In this document: positions 39,473 to 51,039 of the stretch, in pieces
Position numbering within the stretch: position 1 is the stretch's first letter
How the letters are laid out: every line of letters begins with the position of its first letter
Assembly (NCBI GenBank): GCA_963801355.1
Contig: CAWDEM010000008.1
Coordinates: 736,001 to 800,000, forward strand
Direction: 5' to 3'
DNA from: Ignavibacteriota bacterium
GTDB taxonomy: Bacteria > Bacteroidota > Ignavibacteria > UBA10030 > UBA6906
Length of the DNA stretch: 64,000 bases
Notes under the pieces: generated by a model
Database searches by the model: none
Seen by the model: only the letters and a program-made list of their open reading frames with translations
Told to the model about the DNA's origin: nothing
Made by a program: the position numbers and the translations under genes

Positions 39473-41582
39473 ATGAAGAGACTCACGTTCATCTTCGTGA
39501 TCGCTGTTTCACTTTGTCTCCTCGGCTGCACACGGCCGGAGCCTCCCAAGATCAAGAAGGTTCCGAGGGAATTTGTTGAGTTCGGGAGCAAGCGCGTCGA
39601 CGACTATTACTGGCTGAACAACCGAGCCGACAGCGCGGTCATTTGGCACCTTCGCGCCGAAAATGCCTATGCGGAGGCGATGCTTAAGCACACAGAAGAT
39701 CTCCAGAAGGTAATCTACAACGAACTTGTCGCGCGCATCGAACAGAATTACGAATCGCTACCTACCAAAGAGAATGGATACTGGTACTACGTTCGTTACG
39801 AGGAGGGAAAGCAGTATCCCTTCTACTGCCGCAAAAAGGGGAATCTCGCCGCCGGCGAGGAAGTCTTTCTCAATGTCCCCCAGATGGCCACCGGACACCA
39901 GATCTTCATGATCCGGGGATATTCGGTGAGCCCGCGGAATACCTTGCTCGCATATGGAATCGACACGACGGGAGATCGCCAGTGTGCACTCTACATAAAA
40001 CACATCACGACGTCAACACTTTTCCCGGAAGCCATTTCCAACACCAGCGGCAACTACGAATGGGCGAATGACGACTCTACTCTTTTCTATGTCGTCAACG
40101 ACCACACCGTCCGCGCCTACAAGGTCATGAGACATACAGCAGGCACCGACCCTGCTTCAGACCGGGAAGTGTACCGTGAACCGGACAGCACATTCGATGT
40201 CTCTCTTTCAACCACGCGCGACCATAAGTTCATCTTCATCGCGTGCAGCAGCACGCTCACAAGTGAATGGCACTACGTTGTCGCAGACCGACCCGATGCC
40301 CAGCCTGTCCTTATCCAGCGGCGCCAGCATGATGTTCTCTACAGCCTCGAAGACTATGAGGGCGATCAGTTTTTCATACACACAAACAAGGATGCCAGGA
40401 ACTTCAAGCTCGTCCGCGCACCGATCCGCAATCCCGGGATGAAGAACTGGAAAGACGTTATTCCGCACCGGACCGATGCATTACTGCAGCAAGTCGTCGT
40501 GTTTACAGGGTACATCGTGGCGCAACAAATGATCGGAGGCCTGAGCCAAATCCAGGTCATCGATCGCAAGACCCGGCAGTCGCATTACGTGGACTTTGCC
40601 TGAGCAGGCATATGTTGCGTCCGTGTACCCGGCCACCGATGCGTACACGCTTGACAGCATACGCTACAGCTACACTTCGCTCACTTCGCCGCGGTCGGAT
40701 TACATGTACAACCTTGCATCACGGGAGAAGGTGCTACTTAAACAGCAAAAGGTGGGCGGAGGCTACGATGCTACGCTTTACGCGACCAGAAGGGTCCTGG
40801 CATCGGCAGTAGACGGCGTGAGGGTTCCGATCAGCATTGTTTACAAGGGGTCTCTCTTCAAGCACGACGGCTCCAACCCGATGCTCCTTTACGCGTACGG
40901 TTCGTATGGTGCAAGCAGTGACCCATATTTCAACTCGTCGGTCATCAGCCTGCTCGATCGTGGATTCGTGTACGGCATCGCGCACATACGCGGGGGACAG
41001 GAGATGGGACGGCAGTGGTATGAGGAAGGAAGACTACTGAAGAAGAAGAATACATTCACCGACTTCATTGCCTGCGCACAATACCTGGTGAATGAGAAAT
41101 TCACGTCGAAGGAAAGGCTCTTTGCCAACGGTGCGAGTGCCGGAGGGATGCTCATGGGAGCCGTCACCAATATGCGGCCTGACCTCTTTCGGGGAGTGCT
41201 GGCTGAAGTACCATGGACGGACGTGATCACCGACAGCGAGAATCCTGACCTTCCGCTCACTACGCTCGAGTACGACGAGTGGGGACGTCCGGACATCAAG
41301 GAGCAGTACGAGTATATGTTGAGCTGGTCGCCCTACGACAACGTGAAGGATGCCGCATATCCCGCAATTCTTGCCACCGGCGGATTGAATGACACCCAGG
41401 TTCCCTATTTCTCTCCTGCCAAGTGGGTGGCGAAGATACGGGAGCACAACACAGGCAAGAATCCCGTCATATTCAAGGTAAACATGGGGGCAGGGCATTC
41501 AGGAGAGTCCGGCCGCTTCGAACGCCAGAAGTTGATGGCGTTGAAATATGCGTTCATTGTGGATCTGGTGGGGATGAAATAG
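39473..41582 (+). pseudogene. ptrB: Oligopeptidase B (S9A), split by a single-base frameshift near 40598-40601
   Basis: N-half (RVDDYYWL...HYVDF, lipobox LLGC) stops at 40603; the C-half in another frame continues EQAY...YGSYG...GASAGG...DTQV...GH. Removing one base restores one ORF. Confidence 0.85.
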
Positions 41583-41617
41583 GCTGCGGTTTAAGAAGAC
41601 AGTTTCCTGCGCGGAAC

Positions 41618-42418
41618 CTATGGATTGGAAACTGTGTTGACGGATTTCTCTTTGCGATATTCAGACTGTACGACTTCCGTTCCGTAAATTCTCTCAAGTC
41701 GACGAACCGTGAAATGGCCTCTCGCCATGTCTTGAAAATGGTTGATGAAGGCCAGATTGATGAGAGCGCCGCCCACAGCGCCGACTGCAGGGACGGCTTG
41801 TGCCGCAGCCTTCTCTGAGACAGTAGCACCGAAACGGGAAGCGATTTGTGAGATCAAACGGACAATTGCTGGCGCCCCTTCCTTTGCAAGTCCTCGCTCT
41901 GCGATGAACTCGGCCGCCTCGGAAACAGCCTTAGCAAGAGCAGCTCGTACAGCGAAGTATCCCGATTCGGCTGCATCATCTTTCGATGTTCGACCACCCA
42001 GTGCGAATACCTCAACGCATGCAAGCTTTGATTCGGCCAAACGTAGATCTTCGCCTTCGCTACGAGCAATGTCAGCTATGGATCTAAGCATGATTGTCGT
42101 GGAGACCGGGAGTTCAATCAGCAACGCAGGGAGTCCAAAGGCGCCCCCTCCTGCGCCGGTTGCGGTTGCTGCGATCTTGTGCCAAATATCACTCGATGCC
42201 ATTGGACCATTCCGACCAAAGGTCATAAGAGCGGCATCAAGAGCAGTCTGTAAAGACTTTTTTGTCGCATCGTTGATGAGTTGAGACCATTTGGCCGGAA
42301 GCAATTCCATCCCCTTCGCCAGTGGTTTGCCTATAGCATTTGTTATCTTTGCGGTGAGGCCTGGATTTTCAAGAAGCTGCTTCGCTCTCCGCAACTGTTC
42401 GATATGTTCTGGTGTCAT
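41618..42418 (-). CDS. EcsC family protein
   Basis: GAGGGAFGLPALLIELPVSTTIMLRSIADIARSEGEDL...ARGHFTVRRLER. Confidence 0.85.
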   Translation of the reverse strand: MTPEHIEQLRRAKQLLENPGLTAKITNAIGKPLAKGMELLPAKWSQLINDATKKSLQTALDAALMTFGRNGPMASSDIWHKIAATATGAGGGAFGLPALLIELPVSTTIMLRSIADIARSEGEDLRLAESKLACVEVFALGGRTSKDDAAESGYFAVRAALAKAVSEAAEFIAERGLAKEGAPAIVRLISQIASRFGATVSEKAAAQAVPAVGAVGGALINLAFINHFQDMARGHFTVRRLERIYGTEVVQSEYRKEKSVNTVSNP

Positions 42419-42447
42419 ATTGTCTCCTTTGCCCCGGGAGTCCTGCG

Positions 42448-43551
42448 CTACGAAATCAACGTTTCGAGTTTCACGAATGCCTTGTCATCAATGGCATAGA
42501 TGCTATTGATGACGCGGACCAGATCCTCCAGATCGACACCAGATCGGTTGGAAAATATGACTACCGCATACTTTGCCGAGGGTTTCGTCAACACTATGGT
42601 TCTGAATCCTCCATTGGAGCCGGTGTGGTAGACAAGCCTGGAATCGCCGGAACCGGCAACAAACCAGCCGAAGCCGTATGAGAGACTCCTGGCGGTATCT
42701 ATCGGAAACTGTGCTGACCGGGCTTCTTTTACCAGATCCGGATCCACCACGCACTTCTGCTGAATAGCCGTGATCCACCGGAGATAGTCGTCAATCGAGG
42801 TATACACTCCCCCATCCCCCATCGTCGAAAAGAAGAGACTTTCTTTAGCGTCCGCAATTCTGAAAGTGTTCTCCTGGGGCTCATATCCGAACGCACGATC
42901 GGATATTTTGAAATCCGGCTGTATGACATTGCTGCGCATCATGTTCAGCGGGGCGAACACATGGTTGCGGATATACGCCGGATAGGTCTCACCGGATACT
43001 TTCTCGATAATTAGCGAGAGGAGACAGAATGCCGTATTGCTGTACCGGTACCGTGATCCGGGCGGGAAATAAAACGAGTCAACTGAGCGGAGAGCTGTCA
43101 GCACATCCTTGTCCCAGAATTCTTTGTACAGCGTTCTGTCCACAAAGGAATAGTGATCCATGATGCCGGAACTGTGGGTGAGGAGCTGCCGCACCGATAC
43201 AATGCTTGCCACTCCGGGTGCGAGATGCGGAAAGAACTGGCTCAGTTTGTCATCCAGAGACAGTTTACCTGCTCGCTGCAACTGCAGAATCGCGTAGGCG
43301 GTGAACTGCTTGGTCAGCGAGCAAATGTTGAAGTTTGTCGAAGGCGTTATCGGCGCCTTCGAATCCAAGTCTGCAAGGCCATATCCTTTCTTGAAGACAA
43401 CGCTGTCATCCTTGATGACGACAATTGCAGCTCCAGGTTGGCCGCTTTGGTAGATGGACGACATCAGCGAGTCGGTTCGGGCACGCTCGTTCTGCGCATT
43501 GCCCCCGATTGCCATGAACGAGGAGAGACACAGGATGATCAGCCGCTTCAT
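42448..43551 (-). CDS. Secreted serine hydrolase (beta-lactamase/PBP-like)
   Basis: Signal peptide; SLTK, YSN, HTG. Confidence 0.9.
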   Translation of the reverse strand: MKRLIILCLSSFMAIGGNAQNERARTDSLMSSIYQSGQPGAAIVVIKDDSVVFKKGYGLADLDSKAPITPSTNFNICSLTKQFTAYAILQLQRAGKLSLDDKLSQFFPHLAPGVASIVSVRQLLTHSSGIMDHYSFVDRTLYKEFWDKDVLTALRSVDSFYFPPGSRYRYSNTAFCLLSLIIEKVSGETYPAYIRNHVFAPLNMMRSNVIQPDFKISDRAFGYEPQENTFRIADAKESLFFSTMGDGGVYTSIDDYLRWITAIQQKCVVDPDLVKEARSAQFPIDTARSLSYGFGWFVAGSGDSRLVYHTGSNGGFRTIVLTKPSAKYAVVIFSNRSGVDLEDLVRVINSIYAIDDKAFVKLETLIS

Positions 43552-43820
43552 AGTTGTTTCCTTAGTTTGATGGAGGAGATAACCTGTGCCTCTTCACAAT
43601 CCCGCCTGCGTCCAACATAGCGAATCCGAACCACTTACGCCACTTTGAACTGTTGATCCTTTATTGCGTTCTGCCTTCCCTTCCTCAGAACAACAACTCA
43701 CTTTCGCCTTGAAGACCTGTCCCTCCGGAATCAAATGGAGATACTCATGAATTGCTTCTTTCGTGATTCTTCGAGACGTTAATGGGGGCTCTCCTTTCTC
43801 TCACAGCATGGTGACAGATT

Positions 43821-45080
43821 ATGCCTGCGCAAGTCTCCGAAAGTGTTTCCACACTGCCCCGGGTGCGAGTTGAATCCGTTGACGCATTCCGGGGGCTCAC
43901 AATTCTGCTGATGGTTTTCGTCATCGCCGTCGCAGCGGAAAACTACCGGCCTCTCCCCCAGACGATGTCATGGTTCGGAAGCCTCCCTGTCTCCACCTGG
44001 AACCATGCGGAAGTCGGATGGGAAAGGTTTGTCGAGGAAAAGAAGAGTGCCGGATTGACCGACGAGCAGATCAATCGACTACCCGAAGCCGGACTGAAGA
44101 ACGTTGGCCTCACGGCCACGGACATTGTAGCACCATTCTTCGTGTTCATCGTAGGCATCGCCATTCCTCTGAGCAAAGCACGTCGTGGACGGGCATGGTG
44201 GAGCCATGTGCTTATCAGGACCATCATGTTGATACTTGCAGGTGTGGTTTACATCAGTCTCATCCTTGGGCTCTCCTGGTGGTGGGGAATCTTGCAGGCG
44301 ATCGGCGTGGCCTACTTCATGGGAGCCGCAAGCATGAAACTCTCCAGGACCGGCCGCTGGGTGGCGATCTTCGCGGTGCTCGCATTTCACATGACCATGT
44401 CTCATTGTTTCGCCTGGTGGCTTCGCTTCGGAGACACCCCCGAACCATTCTGGACGATTTCTCAGCTCCACGGCAGTTGGGCCAAGCCCTTCATTCTTCA
44501 CTGCCGCCCATGGGTTTCGATATCTTACGGCGTTATGACGATGATCGGCGTCCTGGTCGGTGAGGCGGTCGCCGGAGGGAAAAGAACAGAAATTACACGT
44601 ACGGCGATCGTTGTCGGATGTGTTTTCACTTTTGCTGGGTTTGCATTGCATAGTGCCGGACTCTACACGGGGGCAACAGAGCTTTGTTTCAACAAACCTG
44701 ACGTCACAGCTTCCTACGCTATGTTCACATCCGGCGTGGGAGCCTTTCTCTTGCTGCTGTTGTACTATGTGATTGACGTCGGGGGGCGGACGAAATGGGC
44801 ATATCCACTTAAGGTCTTCGGAGCGAATGCGCTCCTCGCGTATTTCATGCAGATCATTATGAGGATCTTCTTTCGGGCACTGCATCTGGAGGAGTTTTTT
44901 GCCGGACAGCCAAACGATACACTCAAGCAGTGGGCATCGCTGATCCCTGCCCCTGCGTGGAGTTCGTTCTTTCTGGACAAGTCGGGTTACAACGGCATGC
45001 TGTGGGGAGCTATATGGACGTTGTGCCTCTGGATGATCGTGTGGTACTGTAACAAGAGGGAAATTTACTGGAAACTGTAA
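43821..45080 (+). CDS. Heparan-alpha-glucosaminide N-acetyltransferase-like (DUF5009) membrane protein
   Basis: RVESVDAFRGLTI...D.VAPFF.FIVG, GILQAIG, G.NAL..Y; multi-TM. Confidence 0.8.
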   Translation: MPAQVSESVSTLPRVRVESVDAFRGLTILLMVFVIAVAAENYRPLPQTMSWFGSLPVSTWNHAEVGWERFVEEKKSAGLTDEQINRLPEAGLKNVGLTATDIVAPFFVFIVGIAIPLSKARRGRAWWSHVLIRTIMLILAGVVYISLILGLSWWWGILQAIGVAYFMGAASMKLSRTGRWVAIFAVLAFHMTMSHCFAWWLRFGDTPEPFWTISQLHGSWAKPFILHCRPWVSISYGVMTMIGVLVGEAVAGGKRTEITRTAIVVGCVFTFAGFALHSAGLYTGATELCFNKPDVTASYAMFTSGVGAFLLLLLYYVIDVGGRTKWAYPLKVFGANALLAYFMQIIMRIFFRALHLEEFFAGQPNDTLKQWASLIPAPAWSSFFLDKSGYNGMLWGAIWTLCLWMIVWYCNKREIYWKL

Positions 45081-45089
45081 TGCTGACCA

Positions 45090-46001
45090 TTACTTTTTGA
45101 AACTCGTTTTCAGAACTCCGGCCGAACATCTCACAACGCATCGCTGACAGAGGATGCAATCTCCATCGCTAATGCGTGTGCCCATTCTCACGCGCGCGGC
45201 CACGGGAATGTCCATTGGACAGATTGTCGCGCAGGCCTCGCATTCGGTGCACCCCTCGGCCTGGGCGGAGACATGGAGAAGCGCCGGGCGGCTCGTCCAC
45301 CGCAGAATGAAGCCGGTCGGGCAAAGGTATTTGCAGAACGCGCGTTGGTCGTGCAGAGCGAGTGCCAGCGCAATAGCTGCTGCGTAGTAAACGACGACGC
45401 CCACGGCGACGCGCCACACGCTGTGGGCGTGCATGTATCCAAGGGCTCCGTCGGGCTGGAAGTCAAACACCAGGGCGACCAGAGCTGCCGCCGCAAAACT
45501 GACGGCCACACCGACAAGTGGTGTCCAAACCCAAACACCCTTGCGCCGACCCGAGCCCTTGCCGACGGGAAGACGCTCGAGCACCATCGCACGCCAACAC
45601 CCCCATCCGCACAGAATTCGGCCAAAGATGAGCGGACCGACGACGGTGGTCACCATCGTGTGACCGATAGCCGGGCCTAGTGTCCCCAGGATCAGGAGCT
45701 CAAAGAAGCCATCGAGGTCGAGGTTGACGGCTTCAGCCAATGAGAACGTAAGAATTCCCAATCCACCGCCGGCCAGGACGAGCCACCGCCACCACTGTTT
45801 CCGGTCAGGGCGGGCAAAGGCGTAGCCGGCGAGAAATGCACCTTGGGAGAGTCCCCAAACGAAGAGAGCGATAGCGAAACCCAACGCGTTTCCCCGGAGC
45901 AGTACTGCTGCAGCCAACGGCCAAAAGACGAGAAGAGCGATTGCGCTGACGACGAGCAACGCACGACTGACTCTACGCGGGGTCGAGCGTTCCCCGGTCA
46001 C
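45090..46001 (-). CDS. Membrane-bound 4Fe-4S polyferredoxin (NapH/YccM-like)
   Basis: GRILCGWGC, FCKYLCP, CTECEACATICP, CILCQRCVVRC; TM helices. Confidence 0.85.
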   Translation of the reverse strand: MTGERSTPRRVSRALLVVSAIALLVFWPLAAAVLLRGNALGFAIALFVWGLSQGAFLAGYAFARPDRKQWWRWLVLAGGGLGILTFSLAEAVNLDLDGFFELLILGTLGPAIGHTMVTTVVGPLIFGRILCGWGCWRAMVLERLPVGKGSGRRKGVWVWTPLVGVAVSFAAAALVALVFDFQPDGALGYMHAHSVWRVAVGVVVYYAAAIALALALHDQRAFCKYLCPTGFILRWTSRPALLHVSAQAEGCTECEACATICPMDIPVAARVRMGTRISDGDCILCQRCVVRCSAGVLKTSFKK

Positions 46002-46058
46002 AGGATCCTCCGAGCATACGCATACATTTCAAGATCTTGCGTTTGTTTACGTTCTCTT

Positions 46059-46271
46059 CTACGACTTACCCGCCCTGCCCCTACGAAGTCTTAGTAATGA
46101 TTTATCATCGGCAACATACTGCTCCATGTATCCGCATGATGTACAAATGTAGCGTGCAAGATTGGCAAATCCGAACATATCAACTTTGATTGCATTATAC
46201 GTACCAAGTTCACTAGGTATGACCGTTATCTTCTTGGATGAACACTTAGGACAAACACTCGAAGATTTCAT
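46059..46271 (-). CDS. Small zinc-ribbon protein
   Basis: CPKC...CTSCGYMEQY; GGGAG RBS; AT-rich. Confidence 0.65.
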   Translation of the reverse strand: MKSSSVCPKCSSKKITVIPSELGTYNAIKVDMFGFANLARYICTSCGYMEQYVADDKSLLRLRRGRAGKS

Positions 46272-46446
46272 AATTATTTCTCCCGATGTGATTGGTCCAT
46301 ATCGAGCAATAGCCCATGCCACCTGCTGTGAGAGCGCAAGCACATTCCACTCGCACCCGGTCATTGTGAATAGTGCCCTTTCCACTGACGAGAACAGAAT
46401 CTTTACCATCGAAACCTTTGAATATGGTGCCTCTTATTCACCAGCA

Positions 46447-47961
46447 CTAGCGCTCCCCGCTGAGTTTTCCCTCCGCCCGCAGTCGTGCCATCACGCTATG
46501 ACGCCTGCTGTAGCCGAAGTAAATCGCGAAGCCGATTCCCAGCCAGACGAACAGGCGCCACCAGTTTTCCGCTGGTAGTGAAAACATCAGGATCAGACAG
46601 CATACGATGCCGGCGATGGGGACGAACGGCACCCATGGCGCCCGGAACGGTCGTTCGGCGTTGGGGTGCGTCTTTCGCATGATGAGCACGGCAGCACACA
46701 CGATCACAAATGCCAGCAATGTCCCGATATTAGTCAACTCCGCAAGAATGCGCAGAGGAAGAAAAGTCGCCATGGTGCCGACGAACAGGCCCGTAAGGAT
46801 CGTGGATTTCCATGGTGTCCGGAATTTCGGGTGTACCGCACCGAAGAAACTCTGTGGCACCATACCATCGCGTGCCATCGCCAGCAGCACCCGGGGCTGA
46901 CTCAACATCATCACCAGCAAAACGGAGGTTATGCCCGTTACCGCTCCGACGTCAATCAACCGTTGTGCCCATGGCATACCTCTCGAGGCAAACGCCTGCG
47001 CGACCGGTGCATTGATATCGATCTGATCGTACCGCACCATCCCGGTCACAATTGCCGACACCGCTATGTACAGAACCGTACAAATGATCAACGAGGCAAT
47101 GATACCGATCGGCACGTCGCGTTGCGGGAGTTTGGCTTCTTCGGCGTGGGTCGATACGGAGTCGAATCCGATGTACGCAAAAAAGATGATCGCTGCGCCG
47201 GCCAGCATGCCGAGTGGCGCTCCGTTCGCCCCCGTCTCTCCAAAGAGTGTGTGGCCGAAGAAACTGATCCCAGTGTAGCCGTACGGTGCGAATGGCTCCC
47301 AGTTTTTGGGGTCGACCAAGAAAGCGCCGACAGCGATCACGAAGAGGACAATGACGAGTTTTACGATAACCATCCCAGCGTTGAACGATGCGCTCTCTTT
47401 GATGCCCTTGACGAGGATCGCCGTGATAATCGCTGTGATTACAATGGCCGGGAGATCGAAATACGACCCCGTCATCATGAAATTGCCGGTTTCCAGGTTG
47501 AAATCAAACGGAGCGGTGGAAATCTCATGCGGCATCGCTACTCCGAAACTCCGGAGGAAATCCTGGAAGTGTGCGGACCATCCGTGCGCGACGGTCGCAG
47601 ACCCGACCGCATATTCCAGGACAAGATCCCAGCCGATGATCCACGCGAAAAGTTCGCCGAGCGTCGCATAGGCGTACGTGTACGCCGACCCCGCGACGGG
47701 CGCCATCGACGCAAACTCCGCATAGCACAGGGCTGCAAAGATGCACGCAACCCCGGAGGCTGCAAAGGAAAGAATCAACGCCGGTCCCGCCTTGTCGTGA
47801 GCACCCACTCCCGTCAGCACAAAGATACCTGTACCAATGATGGCCCCCACACCGAGGCTGGTGAGGGTGACCGGGCCGAGTACCCGGCGCAGGCGGTTCT
47901 CCCCTTTCATTTCTTCCAGGAGTAGAGAAAGCGGCTTCTTTGCAAACAAGGGACTTCCCAT
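46447..47961 (-). CDS. APC family amino acid permease (cationic amino acid transporter-like)
   Basis: GAIIGTGIF, CYAEFAS, GSAYTY, FAYIGFD; about 12 TM helices. Confidence 0.93.
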   Translation of the reverse strand: MGSPLFAKKPLSLLLEEMKGENRLRRVLGPVTLTSLGVGAIIGTGIFVLTGVGAHDKAGPALILSFAASGVACIFAALCYAEFASMAPVAGSAYTYAYATLGELFAWIIGWDLVLEYAVGSATVAHGWSAHFQDFLRSFGVAMPHEISTAPFDFNLETGNFMMTGSYFDLPAIVITAIITAILVKGIKESASFNAGMVIVKLVIVLFVIAVGAFLVDPKNWEPFAPYGYTGISFFGHTLFGETGANGAPLGMLAGAAIIFFAYIGFDSVSTHAEEAKLPQRDVPIGIIASLIICTVLYIAVSAIVTGMVRYDQIDINAPVAQAFASRGMPWAQRLIDVGAVTGITSVLLVMMLSQPRVLLAMARDGMVPQSFFGAVHPKFRTPWKSTILTGLFVGTMATFLPLRILAELTNIGTLLAFVIVCAAVLIMRKTHPNAERPFRAPWVPFVPIAGIVCCLILMFSLPAENWWRLFVWLGIGFAIYFGYSRRHSVMARLRAEGKLSGER

Positions 47962-48325
47962 AGTGTTCCGATCGTTAGAAGTACGTGAAAGATAGGGGAT
48001 TAGCCGAAGTAACAACGCACGCTCGCTGCACCTGGGCCGGGCAGATCGTCAAAATTCGGCTGTTCGAAAATATACACGCTATGGAGTACAACCGCAAGGC
48101 TTCTCGAAAAACGGAACTGGATGGTCCCCACAGTCCAAGAAGTCTCATGAGACATGGTACGGGAAAAGGAAGCACGCCAGACCAACCAGGGGGAGCAGTC
48201 CCACCGATCACCGTAACTACTGCACAAACTGCCGCGACATAGGGGCTCACTACAGGCATGGACTCTCGAAGAAGGGCAGGTTACTCTTCTTCAAAGAAGG
48301 GTGGAAAACCAACCTTTGGCGCGAT

Positions 48326-49984
48326 TCAGAGTAATGCTCCCACAAGAGCCTGGGCAACGACTATCTTGGCGATCATCGAAACGGGGTAAACCATCGCGTA
48401 CCAGACATTCGGGGTATCGGAGGTTGATCGTTCGTTGGCAAAGGCCAGGCACGCGGGTTGGGTCTGGATTCCGGACATCAGACCCATTGCTGCCGGAAAC
48501 GAAAGGCGAAGCGTTCGCGCCCCTATACCAAGGACGAACAGCGCCACCAGCATCGTGACGACGGCGCCGACGATCATGAGTTTCCAACCACCGGCCGCCA
48601 GCGTTGTGAGAAGTCCATCTCCCGCTTTCGTCCCGATGCCCGCAAGGAACAGAACCAGTCCGACCTGCCGGAGGGACATGTTCACCGCGAACGGCATGGT
48701 CCAGGTCACCCTGCCGGACCTTTGCAGGCGGCCGAGGATGAGACTCACGATGAGAGGTCCACCTGCGAGCCCGAGAGTAAAGCTTCTCCCACCAGGCAGT
48801 GGCAGAGGAGCCAGGCCGAGCAGGATGCCCAGAACGATCCCGAGGGAAAGGGAGAGGAAATCCATTTCCGTGCTTGACCGAACTGAGTCGCCGAAGAAGC
48901 GAACAACCCTATCAACATTCCCCGCCCAGGTCACCACGCGAACGCGGTCCCCGCGCTCGAGGATCGTCTTTCCAGTTGGAACAAAATCTCCGTCTCCGCG
49001 CCGGACGCGCGTAATGGTGGCATCGAGCATTTGCTGAAGATCAAGGTCGGCAATTGCCTTCCCCACTACCCTTTTATCGGAGACCTCAATCCGGCGGATC
49101 TCGAAATCTCTGTCCCCGGTTGTGATTTCTTCCCTCGCCTCTTCTCCCAGGAGCAGGCGCGCGCGCTCAAGGGCTTCAGGCCCCCCCACCGCAGCTACCA
49201 GGTCGCCCTCCTGGAACACCGTTTCCGAATACACAAGCGAAGTTTCATTTTCCCGCCGCAATCGGCTGAGCACGAAGCCCGGATCGGGGTAATGGGAGAG
49301 TGCCTCCGAGACGGTCTTTCCCATGATTCCAGGATTGACCACACGGAAGGTCTTTGCGAAAATCGATGCGGGTTTTTGTTCATCCGGCGACACCTCCTTC
49401 GCGGGAACCAAGACGCTCCAGAATCTCCCCATCTGGGAGAAGACCAACAGCACGCCGATGACACCAAACGGATATGCAAGCCCGTACCCTATCACCGGAC
49501 CACTCAGGAGCGCGGAAATTTTTCCGGTGGGGACTCCCTCTTGCACGAGCAGTGATTTCGTCGTCTCGAGTGTTGCGGCGAGCGCGGGGGTGTTCGTCAG
49601 GCTGCCAGAAAATGCACCCACCGCCACGCTGGGTTCAAGCGAGAGCAGGCGGACCGCACCGAATGTCAGCAGCCCCCCCAGTGCAATCGCGGCTAGAGCG
49701 AACAAATTTGCGCGGATGGCTCGGCGGCCAAATGAGGAAAAGAAAATCGGACCGGATGCCAGTCCGACCGTGTACACAAAGAGTACAAGCCCGATCACGT
49801 ACACAAGGTCGGGAATCCTGAGGCGGGAATCGATAGCACCGAGAAGGATCCCGGCGAACAGGACGGCGGCCGGACCCAGCGAGAAACCGAGGATGCGAAC
49901 GCTCCCACCAACGTACCCAAGGCCGATAACGACAAAGAGGAGAAGAAGCGGCTGCGTGGCAAGGAGATCAATGATAGTCTGCAT
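48326..49984 (-). CDS. AspT/YidE/YbjL family antiporter with TrkA-C domains
   Basis: GLVLFVYTVGL..GP.FF, GSLTNTPAL, duplicated TM domains flanking two RCK_C domains. Confidence 0.9.
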   Translation of the reverse strand: MQTIIDLLATQPLLLLFVVIGLGYVGGSVRILGFSLGPAAVLFAGILLGAIDSRLRIPDLVYVIGLVLFVYTVGLASGPIFFSSFGRRAIRANLFALAAIALGGLLTFGAVRLLSLEPSVAVGAFSGSLTNTPALAATLETTKSLLVQEGVPTGKISALLSGPVIGYGLAYPFGVIGVLLVFSQMGRFWSVLVPAKEVSPDEQKPASIFAKTFRVVNPGIMGKTVSEALSHYPDPGFVLSRLRRENETSLVYSETVFQEGDLVAAVGGPEALERARLLLGEEAREEITTGDRDFEIRRIEVSDKRVVGKAIADLDLQQMLDATITRVRRGDGDFVPTGKTILERGDRVRVVTWAGNVDRVVRFFGDSVRSSTEMDFLSLSLGIVLGILLGLAPLPLPGGRSFTLGLAGGPLIVSLILGRLQRSGRVTWTMPFAVNMSLRQVGLVLFLAGIGTKAGDGLLTTLAAGGWKLMIVGAVVTMLVALFVLGIGARTLRLSFPAAMGLMSGIQTQPACLAFANERSTSDTPNVWYAMVYPVSMIAKIVVAQALVGALL

Positions 49985-50298
49985 GGTGTTGCCTCAGAAG
50001 TGTCCGCCTATCCTGGTTGTAGATCCCCGGTTCTTCGACGCTGTTCTCCTCCCCAATCCGGTTCATCCCCATGAATGGGCTTTTTCAGGTCAAGTATTTC
50101 CATATCGACGTCCTCGATCTCTCCATCCATGTCGTCGAATGTTCGCCCCTCTGCAATCTCCCCAGCTCCCCACATTCGTAAAATGGCCCATCTTGCACTT
50201 AGAATCCACCGCGGTAACCACATCACCTTCGCCGAGGCAAGTGCTAAGATGGGCTCCTGATTTCACATGTCTCCACGCATGATTACATTTCTTGCGAT

Positions 50299-50427
50299 TC
50301 ACTTCCGGAAAAAGATCGCATAGGCAATTGCCAACGCTGAAACGACCATTGCCCCGAAGAAGAACCATAGGGCAAAGTTGTTGACCGGTTTTTTGGATTC
50401 CTGCGGGGGGTCTTGCTTCTTATCCAT
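50299..50427 (-). CDS. Possible 42-aa single-TM membrane peptide
   Basis: MDKKQDPPQESKKPVNNFALWFFFGAMVVSALAIAYAIFFRK; AGGTG RBS. Confidence 0.4.
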   Translation of the reverse strand: MDKKQDPPQESKKPVNNFALWFFFGAMVVSALAIAYAIFFRK

Positions 50428-51039
50428 TTGGTCACCTTTGGCTTCATTGTCAGATCCACTTCTTGAATATTCATGCACAGACGTGTTCGTAGGACGAGCC
50501 ACGATGACACGGACTGGTATGACAAATCCCGTGCAGGATCATGCCTCCGTTAGAGGTACGAAGCAGTGGTCTGAGTGAATACCAAGAAGGATGAAAGAGG
50601 TGGGGACGAGAATAGCGGATCTAATGGATCGAGTTATCCGTGGTGGGTGCTATCGGCTCATCATTCGAGCAACCAGGCTGGTTTGAGGATCCTTTACGAG
50701 ATGAGCCCGAGTTGGTGGCAATTCTGCTTCGAAATATCCTGGAATCCGGTGGTCAACATCATCGACTCGATAAGGGCTCTGGGTACTGAGTTCGAGTTCC
50801 GTCACACCGCGCATTTGACTATCGCACTGCCCTGCGTTATTTTGTGGTCGTACTGCTTATTGTTCATGCCGTAGGAATCCTGCACCCCCGTGGAGGTTTC
50901 CATGGTTGGCCTGTTTGACATCGACTGTATCCCTTCTCCTGTTCCCCCGAAGTCTCGGAATCCCACCAAGTGCAAGCATCCCTTTTCAGAGTTCGCTGAG
51001 AGATGCAGCAGTCTGGCATCCACAGCCTCGGAGGTGACG

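Noticed and set aside
46666-50282. Long plus-strand ORFs 46666-47925 and 49323-50282
   Set aside because: Antisense shadows of well-supported transporter genes, common in GC-rich DNA.
50008-50874. Several short overlapping ORFs between the antiporter and the lipoprotein
   Set aside because: No recognisable motifs or consistent RBS; possibly decayed gene fragments. Only the 42-aa TM peptide was kept, at low confidence.
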